From assembly GCA_947499615.1 (NCBI GenBank), contig CANMOP010000004.1:38501-102500 (forward strand): a stretch of DNA of 64,000 nucleotides, read 5' to 3'. Below the pieces are notes generated by a model. That model was given only the letters and a program-made list of their open reading frames with translations. It had not been told where the DNA came from and made no database searches. Below are positions 1 through 9,067 of this stretch, one piece after another; position 1 is the first letter of the stretch; each line of letters opens with the position of its first letter. The DNA comes from Chloroflexota bacterium (GTDB lineage: Bacteria; Chloroflexota; Dehalococcoidia; UBA2979). The translations under genes and the position numbers were made by a program.

Positions 1-27
1 ACTCGACGCTCGCGCTACCCTGCACGT

Positions 28-900
28 ATGCCCTCTCGCATCCCTCGAGTGACTCGCACCGAGGCGATCGTGCTCCGTCACCGCCGGTTGGGCGAGGCGG
101 ATCGCATCGTCAGCCTGCTCACGCCGCTGCAGGGCAAGGTCGACGCCGTCGCTAAGGGGGCGCTCCGGCCCCGCAGCAAGCTCGCCGGGCACCTGGAGCC
201 GCTGACGCGCGTCGATGTGCTCCTGGCGCACGGGCGCACGCTCGACGTGGTCACGCAGGCGCAGATGCTGGACGGCTTCCCGGCGTTGCACAGCGACCTC
301 GATCGATTGAGCACGGCGATGTACCTGTTGGAGCTCACCGACCGCCTGACCGAGGAGCACGCGGGCGACGACGGCCGGAACCAGCAGCCGCTGTACGACC
401 TGTTGCACGCCTCGCTGGTACGGGTCGCGCGGGGCGATGGGTTGCAGTTGGCCGCGCGATCATTCGAGCTCGCGCTGCTGGAAGTGTCAGGGTTTCGGCC
501 CGAGTGGCGCGTCTGCGTGAGTTGCGGCGTCGATGTCAGCGCGGACCGCGCGAACTGGTCCGCGCTCGCGGGCGGCGTGGTCTGTCCCTCGTGCCAGCGC
601 CTCCACCCGGAAGCGGTAGCGATCGAGCCGAACGTGCTGAAGGTGCTGCGCGCGATCCAGGACGGCCCTTACGAGGAGGCCGCACGTATCCGCCTCAGCC
701 CGGAACTCGCAGGTGCCCTCGAACGCGTCATGCACACGTTGATGCGAGCGATGACGGAGCGGGCGCTCGGCAGCGCCGAGTTCGTGGCGGACGCACGACG
801 GGCCTCGGTCGGCGTGGGAGCTGCCGCAGTTGCAGCCCCGGCACCCGCCGTCGACGCACCTCACGGAGAACGGGAGCAGGGCCCGCCACCGGCGCTGTAG
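28..900 (+). CDS. recO: DNA repair protein RecO
   Basis: N-terminal EAIVLR..LGEADRIVSLLT..GKV.AVAKGA OB-fold signature and a CxxC...CxxC zinc finger. Confidence 0.95.
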   Translation: MPSRIPRVTRTEAIVLRHRRLGEADRIVSLLTPLQGKVDAVAKGALRPRSKLAGHLEPLTRVDVLLAHGRTLDVVTQAQMLDGFPALHSDLDRLSTAMYLLELTDRLTEEHAGDDGRNQQPLYDLLHASLVRVARGDGLQLAARSFELALLEVSGFRPEWRVCVSCGVDVSADRANWSALAGGVVCPSCQRLHPEAVAIEPNVLKVLRAIQDGPYEEAARIRLSPELAGALERVMHTLMRAMTERALGSAEFVADARRASVGVGAAAVAAPAPAVDAPHGEREQGPPPAL

Positions 901-903
901 GCG

Positions 904-1407
904 CTACCGACGCTCCGTACGCTGGACGCCCCGCCCGGGGTGCCACTGATCGATCACGAGGTGATCCGCGGGTTGCCCGAGGCGCGTCAGCACCACCTCG
1001 CTCACCTGAACACGGAACAGGTGGGACGCCGTGGCGGCCTCCTCCAATTGTTCCTCGCTGACTTCGGCGTCCGGTGCGGTGTGCATCAGCCGTCGCAGCA
1101 GCGCAGGGTCGCGGACGAGGATGGCCAGCCCCGCGATCTTGGCATCGCCCTCGACCATCGAGGCGTCGATCGTTGCGCAATGGATCGCGAGTCGCGGGTC
1201 GCGTAGCAGGTCACGCGCCTTCATCGATCCGGGCATCATGCCGAGCCACAACTCGCCGTCGAGGAACGTGGCTTCCGTACCGCTGATGCGCGGGGAACCG
1301 TCGCGCCGGATCGTAGCGAGCGTCTTGTGCCGGTATGCATCGAAGCGAGCACGCACGGCCGCTGCCAGCGTAGGCGCCTCGCGCTCGACGTCGGACCAGC
1401 TTGTCAT
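904..1407 (-). CDS. Pyridoxamine 5'-phosphate oxidase-like (split-barrel flavin/F420-binding) protein
   Basis: LATIRRDGSPRISG...KARDL.RDPR.AIH motif typical of the PNPOx-like family. Confidence 0.85.
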   Translation of the reverse strand: MTSWSDVEREAPTLAAAVRARFDAYRHKTLATIRRDGSPRISGTEATFLDGELWLGMMPGSMKARDLLRDPRLAIHCATIDASMVEGDAKIAGLAILVRDPALLRRLMHTAPDAEVSEEQLEEAATASHLFRVQVSEVVLTRLGQPADHLVIDQWHPGRGVQRTERR

Positions 1408-1419
1408 CGGTGACCGGGC

Positions 1420-2442
1420 CTACGAGCGCCGCGCGAGCACGTACTCGACCACGCCCTCAAGGGTGTCGCGTGGGTCGCCGGCCGGCAGCGCGGTCAGCGC
1501 TTCGAGCGCGCGATCCGCGAATCGCCGCGCTGTCACCATCGATTCCTCGAGGATGTCCGAGGCGCGGATTTCGGTGATGGCACGCTGCAGGTTCTGGCGG
1601 CGGCGCACCCCGTCGAACGCTCGGCGTACCGGGTTGTCGTCCGGGGAGCGGCCCATGTACAGCATGGCGGGGAGTGTCACCGTGCCCGAGAGCAGGTCGG
1701 ACCCGGCAGGCTTGCCGAGTTCCTCGCTCGTCGCGGAGAAGTCGAGGATGTCATCGACGATCTGGAACGCCATCCCGAGTTGTTCGCCGTAGCGGCGCAT
1801 CGGCTCGACGAGGTGCTCCGGGGCGCCCGTCACGATCGCGCCACACTCGGCCGCCGTGGCGAACAGCGAGGCGGTCTTGCCGGAGATGCGGTCGAAGTAG
1901 CGTTGCACGTCCGCGGAATACTCGAACGCGCTCATGTCCTGCGTCAGTTCGCCGTTCGCCATCACACGCAGCGTGTCCGCGAAGTTGCGAATGACGCGGA
2001 TGTTCCCGGTGCGCGCCACAAATTCCGCGGCGTGCGCAAACATGTAGTCCCCCAGCATGACGCTGGAGGCGTTGTTGAACAGCGCCGCAGCAGTCGGGCG
2101 GCCTCGACGTTCCGGCGCGGCGTCGATGACGTCGTCGTGAATCAGCGTCGCGGTGTGGAGCAACTCCACGCTGGCCGCCAACGGCACCAGCGGGCCGAGG
2201 TCGTAGGTGCCGAGCCGTCCCGCAAGCAATGCGATGGCGGGGCGCATGCGCTTCCCACCGCCGCCGAGAACGGACTCCAGCATGCGGCGCAGCCAGGGAA
2301 ACTCCACGCGCTGCAGATCGGTCAGCATCGTCTCCACCAGCGGCAGGTCGCCAGTCACGGGGCCGTAGAGGTCTACAGCGTCTGTGCGGACGTCCACCGT
2401 GGGGTCGCCGGATGTAGTGGTGCTGGCGTGTGACTGCGTCAT
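1420..2442 (-). CDS. Polyprenyl diphosphate synthase
   Basis: GGKRMRP, LIHDDVID..RRG and FQIVDDILD motifs; ATG at 2442 overlaps the TatD stop (ATGA). Confidence 0.93.
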   Translation of the reverse strand: MTQSHASTTTSGDPTVDVRTDAVDLYGPVTGDLPLVETMLTDLQRVEFPWLRRMLESVLGGGGKRMRPAIALLAGRLGTYDLGPLVPLAASVELLHTATLIHDDVIDAAPERRGRPTAAALFNNASSVMLGDYMFAHAAEFVARTGNIRVIRNFADTLRVMANGELTQDMSAFEYSADVQRYFDRISGKTASLFATAAECGAIVTGAPEHLVEPMRRYGEQLGMAFQIVDDILDFSATSEELGKPAGSDLLSGTVTLPAMLYMGRSPDDNPVRRAFDGVRRRQNLQRAITEIRASDILEESMVTARRFADRALEALTALPAGDPRDTLEGVVEYVLARRS

Positions 2443-3239
2443 AGCGAGAATCCGAAGAGCCGAGCCGCGTTCTCCGCCGTCGCCTGAGCCACCTCGTCGA
2501 GGTCGCACCCGCGGAGGGCGGCCACAAAGCGGGCCGTCTCCACCACGTAGGCGGGCTCGTTGCGCGTCCCACGGTGGGGGCGCGGTGCGAGGTAGGGAGC
2601 GTCCGTCTCCACGAGCATAGCGGCAAGCGGCACACTGCGCGCCACACCCTGTCCGCGGTCGTTCTTCTGGTAGGTGACCGTCCCGGGCACCGAGATCAGG
2701 AAGCCGAGCTCGACGTACCGCGCGGCCAGCTCGGCGTCCCCGGAGAAGCAGTGCAACATCCCGACCTCACGGTCTGGCCCAAGGTATCGGCCGACGCGCG
2801 CAGCCCACGCCGAGATCTCGGCGTACGACTCCGCATCGGCATCGCGCGAGTGGATGACCACCGGGCGCTCCACCTCGCGCGCCAGGTCCAGTTGCCAGCG
2901 GAACGCCTCGAACTGCGCCTCGCGCGGCGAGCGGTCGCGGTAGAAGTCGAGCCCGATCTCGCCGACGCCGACGTACTCGCCGGTCTCCAGCAGCGTCCGG
3001 AGCACCTCGCGCTCTTCGGCGAAGCGGGACGCGCCGTGCGGGTGGAGCCCGGTGACCGCGTGCAGCCTTGGGTCGCGACGGGCGAGCTCCAGCGCGCGCA
3101 TCCCCGATGCGACGTCGTCGCCAACCTCGACGATCGCCACCAGTCCGGCGTCCCAGGCGCGCTGCAGCATGGCCTCGCGATCGTCCGCGAATTCTCGCGA
3201 GGTGATGTGCGAATGTGCATCGATGACGGGAGCGGTCAT
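2439..3239 (-). CDS. tatD: TatD family hydrolase/DNase
   Basis: DAHSH, GLHPH, GEIGLD, IHSR, HCFSG and ETDAPYL motifs. Confidence 0.93.
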   Translation of the reverse strand: MTAPVIDAHSHITSREFADDREAMLQRAWDAGLVAIVEVGDDVASGMRALELARRDPRLHAVTGLHPHGASRFAEEREVLRTLLETGEYVGVGEIGLDFYRDRSPREAQFEAFRWQLDLAREVERPVVIHSRDADAESYAEISAWAARVGRYLGPDREVGMLHCFSGDAELAARYVELGFLISVPGTVTYQKNDRGQGVARSVPLAAMLVETDAPYLAPRPHRGTRNEPAYVVETARFVAALRGCDLDEVAQATAENAARLFGFSL

Positions 3240-3249
3240 GGGCGGAGCC

Positions 3250-4935
3250 TCACGTGCCGAGCCGCGCTTCTTCCTCCTCGACGAGCGAGTCGTCGAGCTT
3301 CAGGAAGAGCGGCCCAGGCTCCGGCAGGGAAATGCCACCCGCGATGGGACTGCGCTGCCAGCCAGCCGCCTGCAATTCGCCGACGTTCCCGGCCAGCGCC
3401 CACGCGCGCGACGAGGTGGACGGCATGAACGGCTGGAACAGCGTCGCGAGCCCGCTGATGACATTGATCGCGGTCCACAGCGTCTCCGCTGCCGAGTCGC
3501 GGTCCTGTTTGATCGCCGTCCACGGTACGCGCTCGTCGAGGTAACGGTTGGCGTCCTGCGCCACTGACATCGCGGTCTGCAGGGCGGCGCGCAACTGCAC
3601 AGCCTCGATGTGCGCACCCGCCTCGGCAAACGCAGCGTCGATGCGCGCGAGCATGCGTGCCGAGGACTCGGACAGCGTCGATGGCGCATCGGGTACCTTC
3701 GCGTCGAAGTTACGACGGGTGAAGGTCAGCACGCGGTTGACGAGGTTGCCCCAGGTCGCGACCAACTCATCGTTATTGCGGCGGACGTACTCTGCCCATG
3801 TGAAGTCGGAGTCGGAGGTTTCCGGCATGATCGCGGAGAGCATGTAGCGCAGCGGGTCGGCCGCGTGGCGGTCCAGGTAGTCCGGCATCCACACCGCCCA
3901 GTTGCGACTGGACGACGCCTTTGCGCCGGACATGGTCACGTACTGGTTCGCCGGTACATCGAACGGCAGATTCAGCGCCGTACTGCCAGGCGCCTCGGCG
4001 CTGCCGATGAGCATCGCGGGCCAGATCGTCGTGTGGAACGGGACGTTGTCCTTGCCTTGGAAGTAGTACGTGCGCGCCGCCGGATCCTCCCAGAACGCGC
4101 GCCAGGCCTCGGGGTCGCCGGAGGTCTGCGCCCACTCCTTGGAGGCGCTGAGGTAGCCGATCACGGCCTCGAACCAGACGTACAGGCGCTTCCCCTCGTA
4201 CCCCTCGACGGGCACGGGGATGCCCCAGTCGATGTCGCGGGTGATCGCGCGGTCATGCAACCCCTCGCGCAGCAGGCCGAGCGTGAAGTTGCGCACGGCC
4301 GGGCGCCAATGCGCCTGCGCCTCCACCCATGCCATCAGCCGCTCGTTGAACGTGGACAGCTTCAGCAGGAAGTGTTCGGACTCGCGAGGCTCCGGCGTAG
4401 CGTCGGACAGCCGCGAGCGTGGGTCGATGAGCTCCAGTGCGTCCAGGGTGGAGCCACAGTTGTCGCACTGGTCGCCTCGCGCGCCGGTATCGCCGCAGCG
4501 AGGGCAGGTGCCCTCCACGTAGCGATCGGGCAGGAAGCGCTGCATCTTGGGGTCGAACAGCAGCGTCTGGGTGGCGGGGTAGATGTACCCGGCAGCCCGC
4601 AACTGCTCGAAGAGCTCCTGCGCGACCTGGGCGTGGTTGGCCGTAGCCGTGGAGGTGAACAGGTCGAAGGAGATGCCGAACCGCTCGAACGTGTCGACGA
4701 ACGAGGCGTGATTGCGCGCCATAACCGCCTGCGGCGTGATCCCCTCTTGCTCGGCGCGCACCGTGATCGGCGTGCCGTGGGCATCGGAGCCAGAGACCAT
4801 CAGCACGCGATTGCCGCGCATCCGGTGGTAGCGGGCGAAAATATCGGCGGGCAGGTAGGCACCGGCCACCTGGCCGGCATGCAACGGGGTGTTGGCGTAC
4901 GGCCAGGCAACGCAAACAAGAATCGTCTCAGGCAT
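3250..4935 (-). CDS. metG: Methionine-tRNA ligase (no C-terminal tRNA-binding/dimerisation domain)
   Basis: AWPYAN, SGSDAHG, zinc knuckle CPRC...GDQCDNCG, YVWFEA and GKDNVPFH motifs; start re-assigned to ATG 4935. Confidence 0.96.
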   Translation of the reverse strand: MPETILVCVAWPYANTPLHAGQVAGAYLPADIFARYHRMRGNRVLMVSGSDAHGTPITVRAEQEGITPQAVMARNHASFVDTFERFGISFDLFTSTATANHAQVAQELFEQLRAAGYIYPATQTLLFDPKMQRFLPDRYVEGTCPRCGDTGARGDQCDNCGSTLDALELIDPRSRLSDATPEPRESEHFLLKLSTFNERLMAWVEAQAHWRPAVRNFTLGLLREGLHDRAITRDIDWGIPVPVEGYEGKRLYVWFEAVIGYLSASKEWAQTSGDPEAWRAFWEDPAARTYYFQGKDNVPFHTTIWPAMLIGSAEAPGSTALNLPFDVPANQYVTMSGAKASSSRNWAVWMPDYLDRHAADPLRYMLSAIMPETSDSDFTWAEYVRRNNDELVATWGNLVNRVLTFTRRNFDAKVPDAPSTLSESSARMLARIDAAFAEAGAHIEAVQLRAALQTAMSVAQDANRYLDERVPWTAIKQDRDSAAETLWTAINVISGLATLFQPFMPSTSSRAWALAGNVGELQAAGWQRSPIAGGISLPEPGPLFLKLDDSLVEEEEARLGT

Positions 4936-5028
4936 GGCCGAATCGTAGCATGCGCGACCGACACGTCCGAGGCACCCCGCGCCGCCGTCGATCAACGCGC
5001 TGATCTGCTCACTGCCCATAGCAGATCG

Positions 5029-5057
5029 TTGACGCTCGCAGACGTGCGGCGTACCCT
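5029..5057 (+). promoter_or_regulatory. Sigma70-type promoter for guaB3
   Basis: TTGACG-17 nt-TACCCT. Confidence 0.6.
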
Positions 5058-5062
5058 CCTGC

Positions 5063-5200
5063 AACTACATGCAGCGGCAAGGCATCGTCGGCACGACGCC
5101 GAGGTCAACCATATGCAGGATCACTCGCAGTCGACCCCTCTCGCACAGGGGGTTGGTGCGCGTACAGGCCCCTCGCCAACGAGGGGCCTCTGTGTATCCG
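5063..5200 (+). promoter_or_regulatory. Structured 5' leader (candidate attenuator/riboswitch) of guaB3
   Basis: Three hairpins; the last is a perfect 10-bp stem AGGCCCCTCG-CCAA-CGAGGGGCCT with alternative pairings. Confidence 0.45.
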
Positions 5201-5263
5201 TTGACCCGGACGCATTCGTGGGCGACGCATGTGCGTGCGGACGAGGGCGAAGGGCGGGGTGAG

Positions 5264-6409
5264 ATGGCAGCGCGCAAGAGTCTGGAACACGCATATGGCT
5301 TCGACGATGTAGCCATCGTCCCGGGGGCGGTGACCACCAACCCGGAGATGGTCACCCCCGAGTTCAGCCTCGGCAACCGTACCTACAGCGTCCCGATCTT
5401 CGCCTCGGCGATGGACGCGGTGGTCGACCCGAAGTTCGCGATCACCTATTCGAAGATGGGCGGGATCGCCGTCCTCAACCTCGACGGGTTGCAGGCACGC
5501 TACGACGACCCCGCCGAGGTGTTGGACAGCATCGCCGCGGCGAATCTGGCGGACTCGACCGAGATTATCCAGCGCGTCTACCAGCAGCCGGTGCGCGAAG
5601 ACCTGATCGCGCGTCGCGTCGACGAGATCAAGCGCGGCGGCGGCATCCCGTTCGTGAGCACCACGCCCCAGAACACCAAGCGATTCGGCCCGATCGCGAT
5701 CGATGCTGGCGCGGAGTGCCTCGTCGTGCAGTCCACGGTGACGACGGCACGCCACCTCTCGCGCTCGCTGAAGGGGCTCCAGCTGGCGGAGTTGGTGCAG
5801 GAGCTTGGCTCGATCCCGGTGCTGGTCGGCAACACCGTCGACTATCAGGCGACGCTGGAACTGATGGAGACCGGCGTCGCGGGCATCCTCGTCGGCGTCG
5901 GACCGGGTGCTGCGTGCACCTCGCGCGAGGTACTCGGCATCGGCATCCCGCAGATCACCGCGAGCATCGACACTGCGTTCGCGCGTGACGAGTATTTCGA
6001 GCGCACCGGCCGCTACGTCCCGATCATCACTGACGGCGGCTTCCGCACCGGCGGCGATATCTCCAAGGCAATCTGCGCGGGCGCGGACGCGGTCATGATC
6101 GGCTCCCCGTTCGCGGGCACCGAGGAAGCACCCGGCCGCGGCTACCACTGGGGCATGGCGACCCCGAACCAGGAGCTGCCGCGCGGCGTACGCGTGCACA
6201 TCGGGCAGGGGCACAGCCTCCAGCAGTTGCTGTTCGGCCCCACCTCCCGCACGGACGGCACGGAAAACCTCGTGGGCGCACTACGCACCTCGATGGCAAC
6301 GTGCGGCGCGCAGACGATCCGCGACTTCCACACCTCGAGGATGGTGATCGCGCCATCGATCAAGACAGAAGGCAAGATCTACCAGATCAGCCAGCGCTCG
6401 CGGGACTAG
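5264..6409 (+). CDS. guaB: GuaB3-family IMP dehydrogenase-related protein (no CBS domains)
   Basis: [17 protein letters not shown], catalytic loop [15 protein letters not shown] and HWGMA motifs. Confidence 0.92.
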   Translation: MAARKSLEHAYGFDDVAIVPGAVTTNPEMVTPEFSLGNRTYSVPIFASAMDAVVDPKFAITYSKMGGIAVLNLDGLQARYDDPAEVLDSIAAANLADSTEIIQRVYQQPVREDLIARRVDEIKRGGGIPFVSTTPQNTKRFGPIAIDAGAECLVVQSTVTTARHLSRSLKGLQLAELVQELGSIPVLVGNTVDYQATLELMETGVAGILVGVGPGAACTSREVLGIGIPQITASIDTAFARDEYFERTGRYVPIITDGGFRTGGDISKAICAGADAVMIGSPFAGTEEAPGRGYHWGMATPNQELPRGVRVHIGQGHSLQQLLFGPTSRTDGTENLVGALRTSMATCGAQTIRDFHTSRMVIAPSIKTEGKIYQISQRSRD

Positions 6410-6414
6410 CGCGG

Positions 6415-6876
6415 ATGGCGACTCCGGAAGTCGACGCCACTCGCCGCCTGCTGTTCGATGCGGTCGACCGCATGGTGGCGGGCACGCAGGGGATAGACGC
6501 CGCTGCACTCCAGTGGCGGCCGTCCGCGCCGGAAGCGAACAGCCTCGCGGCGATCGTGGGGCACGCCTTCGGTGCGTTGGAGCAGAACGTCATCCAGTCG
6601 CTCGCGCTGCTGCACGAGGTGGAGCGCGACCGCGAGGCTGAATTCGCGGCGGTGGGCCACACGAGTGAGGCGATCGCCGCGCACTGGGCGACGCTCCGCC
6701 CCCAACTCGATGCTGCGCTCGAGGCGCTGACGGCCGCCGACCTCGATGACCAGCGGCCGCACCCTCGCTTCGGCGCGATGGATGGTCACGAACTGCTCGC
6801 CCGCGCGGTCACACACATGTACGAGCACGCCGCGCACGTGGAACTGACCCGCCAACTACTCGACGCGCGCGAGTAG
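6415..6876 (+). CDS. DinB/DUF664 superfamily protein
   Basis: W.P...ANSLAAIVGH ... HMYEHAAH metal-binding His triad pattern. Confidence 0.8.
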   Translation: MATPEVDATRRLLFDAVDRMVAGTQGIDAAALQWRPSAPEANSLAAIVGHAFGALEQNVIQSLALLHEVERDREAEFAAVGHTSEAIAAHWATLRPQLDAALEALTAADLDDQRPHPRFGAMDGHELLARAVTHMYEHAAHVELTRQLLDARE

Positions 6877-6883
6877 CCGAGCG

Positions 6884-7792
6884 CTAGTAGCCCACGCGCG
6901 CCTCGACGACGCGCTCGATGCCTGCGAAGTCACGGTGCACCGCGACCACTGCGTCGCCACCCAACGCGCCCGCCAGCGTCCTCGCCACCTTCTGCGCCTG
7001 CCCCGCACCGACCTCCAGCAGCACCGCGCGCGGCCCGGCGACGAGGTGCTCCGGGACGCGGTAGATCAGGCGGCGCACAAGGTCCAGTCCGTCGCGACCG
7101 CCGTTGAGCGCCCAGCCCGGCTCCCAGTCGCGCACCTCGGGAGCCAGCGCCTCGATCTCCACCTGCGGGATGTAGGGGAGGTTCGCCGTCACCACCTCAA
7201 CGCGCTCCGGCAGCGACTCGAAGAGGTCGGAGACCAGTAGCACCACGCGGTCGAGCAGGTCGAAGCGCTTGCGATTCTCCCCCGCGATCGCCAGCGCGCG
7301 ACTCGAGCGGTCGAGGCCGTACACCTTCGCCATCAGCGCGTGCTTCGCCACCGCCAGCGCGATGACGCCGCTGCCGGTGCCAACATCCGCCACGCGCACG
7401 AGCCGTCGCGCCGAAGGGTGTTCGCGCACGGCAGCGAGCGTGCGCTCGATCAGCAGCTCGGTCTCCGGACGGGGGATCAGCGCGCCGCGTCCGATGATGA
7501 AGGTCATCCCGTAGCACTCGCGGCGGCCGAGGATGTACGCGAGCGGCTCGTGCTGCAGGCGGCGGGCGAGCAGCGCCTCGAAGCGGGCGAGCGCCTCGAC
7601 GTCCGGCGTATCGCCTCCACGCGCGATCACCTGCGCGCGGTCGAGGCCGGCAGCTTCGCCATATAGCAGATCGGACTCCAGCCGCGCCTCGTCGAGGTTG
7701 TCGTCGCAGTGCGCGGCCAGCAGCGAGAGCGCGGCATTGTGAATGGTGATGCGGAGCGGCGGGACAGGCGGCAGAGGCGGCACAGTCGTCAC
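6884..7792 (-). CDS. prmC: Release factor glutamine methyltransferase
   Basis: EPLAYILG, ALIPRPETE, DVGTGSG and NLPY motifs; directly downstream of prfA. Confidence 0.95.
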   Translation of the reverse strand: MTTVPPLPPVPPLRITIHNAALSLLAAHCDDNLDEARLESDLLYGEAAGLDRAQVIARGGDTPDVEALARFEALLARRLQHEPLAYILGRRECYGMTFIIGRGALIPRPETELLIERTLAAVREHPSARRLVRVADVGTGSGVIALAVAKHALMAKVYGLDRSSRALAIAGENRKRFDLLDRVVLLVSDLFESLPERVEVVTANLPYIPQVEIEALAPEVRDWEPGWALNGGRDGLDLVRRLIYRVPEHLVAGPRAVLLEVGAGQAQKVARTLAGALGGDAVVAVHRDFAGIERVVEARVGY

Positions 7793-7811
7793 AGGTGTCC
7801 GCGCGCGTCGG

Positions 7812-8876
7812 TCACCCGACGGCGGCCAGCGCCTCGGCCTGCTCCGCGAGCGCGACGGCGTCGATCAGCCCCTCGATCTCGCCGTCGAGGATGCGCGGCA
7901 TCGAGTGCAGCGTGAGGTTGACGCGGTGATCGGTGACGCGATCCTGCGGGAAGTTGTACGTGCGAATCTTCTCGGAGCGTTCGCCGGTGCCGACCTGCGC
8001 CTTGCGATTGCCGGCCTGCTCCGCAGCCGCTCGCGCGCGCTCCATCTCGTAGATGCGCGCGCGCAGCACGGCCTCGGCCTTTGCGCGGTTCTTGCCTTGC
8101 GAGCGCTCGTCCTGGCACTGCACAACGATGCCCGTGGGCATGTGCGTCATGCGCACGGCGGTGGAGACCTTGTTCACGTTCTGCCCGCCCGCGCCGCCGG
8201 AGTGGAAGATGTCGATGCGCACGTCGTCCCAGTTGATGTCGACATCCACCTCGTCGACCTCGGGCAGTACGGCGACCGTGGCCGTCGAGGTGTGGATGCG
8301 GCCCTGCGCCTCGGTCTCCGGGACGCGCTGCACGCGGTGCACGCCGGACTCGAACTTCAGCCGTGAGTACGCGCCCTGGCCGTGCACCTCGAAGACGATC
8401 TCGCGGTAACCGCCCGCGCCCGCCTCGGCGGTGTCGATGATCTCGGTCTTCCAGTGGCGACGCTCAGCGTAGCGCTGGTACATCTTGAACAGGTCGGCGG
8501 CGAACAGCGCTGCCTCCTCGCCGCCGGTGCCGGCGCGAATCTCGACGATGACGTCGCGGTCGTCGGCGGGGTCCTTCGGCAGCAGGCTGAGCTTCATCTC
8601 TTCTTCGAGGCGCGCCACCTCGAGGGTCAGGCGCTCCTCCTCCTCGCGGCCGAGCGCGCGCACCTCTTCGTCGGCGTCGCGAGCGAGCATCCGCGCCTCA
8701 TCCAGCGCCGTCGAGCTCTCGCGGTACAGCCGATAGGCGCGCACCGTCGCCTCGATGCTGGCGCGCTCGCGCCCGATCTCCTGCACCCGCCGATGGTCGG
8801 CGAGCACCTCGGGATCGGCGAGCAGCCGCTCCAACTCCTCGTAGCGCGCTTCAATGTCAGCTAGTCGTTCGAACAT
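7812..8876 (-). CDS. prfA: Peptide chain release factor 1
   Basis: GGQ motif, PET anticodon tripeptide (RVPETE) and RTYNFPQ. Confidence 0.97.
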   Translation of the reverse strand: MFERLADIEARYEELERLLADPEVLADHRRVQEIGRERASIEATVRAYRLYRESSTALDEARMLARDADEEVRALGREEEERLTLEVARLEEEMKLSLLPKDPADDRDVIVEIRAGTGGEEAALFAADLFKMYQRYAERRHWKTEIIDTAEAGAGGYREIVFEVHGQGAYSRLKFESGVHRVQRVPETEAQGRIHTSTATVAVLPEVDEVDVDINWDDVRIDIFHSGGAGGQNVNKVSTAVRMTHMPTGIVVQCQDERSQGKNRAKAEAVLRARIYEMERARAAAEQAGNRKAQVGTGERSEKIRTYNFPQDRVTDHRVNLTLHSMPRILDGEIEGLIDAVALAEQAEALAAVG

Positions 8877-8906
8877 GCGCTCAGGATAGCAGGGGGCGCG
8901 GGTTAG

Positions 8907-8930
8907 GGCTGAACCAAGTGGATTCGAACC
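8907..8930 (-). other. tRNA 3'-end-like fragment (possible att relic)
   Basis: Minus strand reads GGTTCGAATCCACTTGGTTCAGCC: T-loop + 5 + 7 nt + G + CC, with no complete cloverleaf. Confidence 0.35.
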
Positions 8931-9067
8931 CGCCTCAACTCGCTTGATGCAAGGCGGCGGACTTTCTCACCAGCACCCGGTTTGCCTATTCTCCGCGACA
9001 CTTCTGGCGCAGATCGTCCCGTGCGGGGCTTGGCCATATGGGCACGAGTCGGATGTATAGTTCACCC

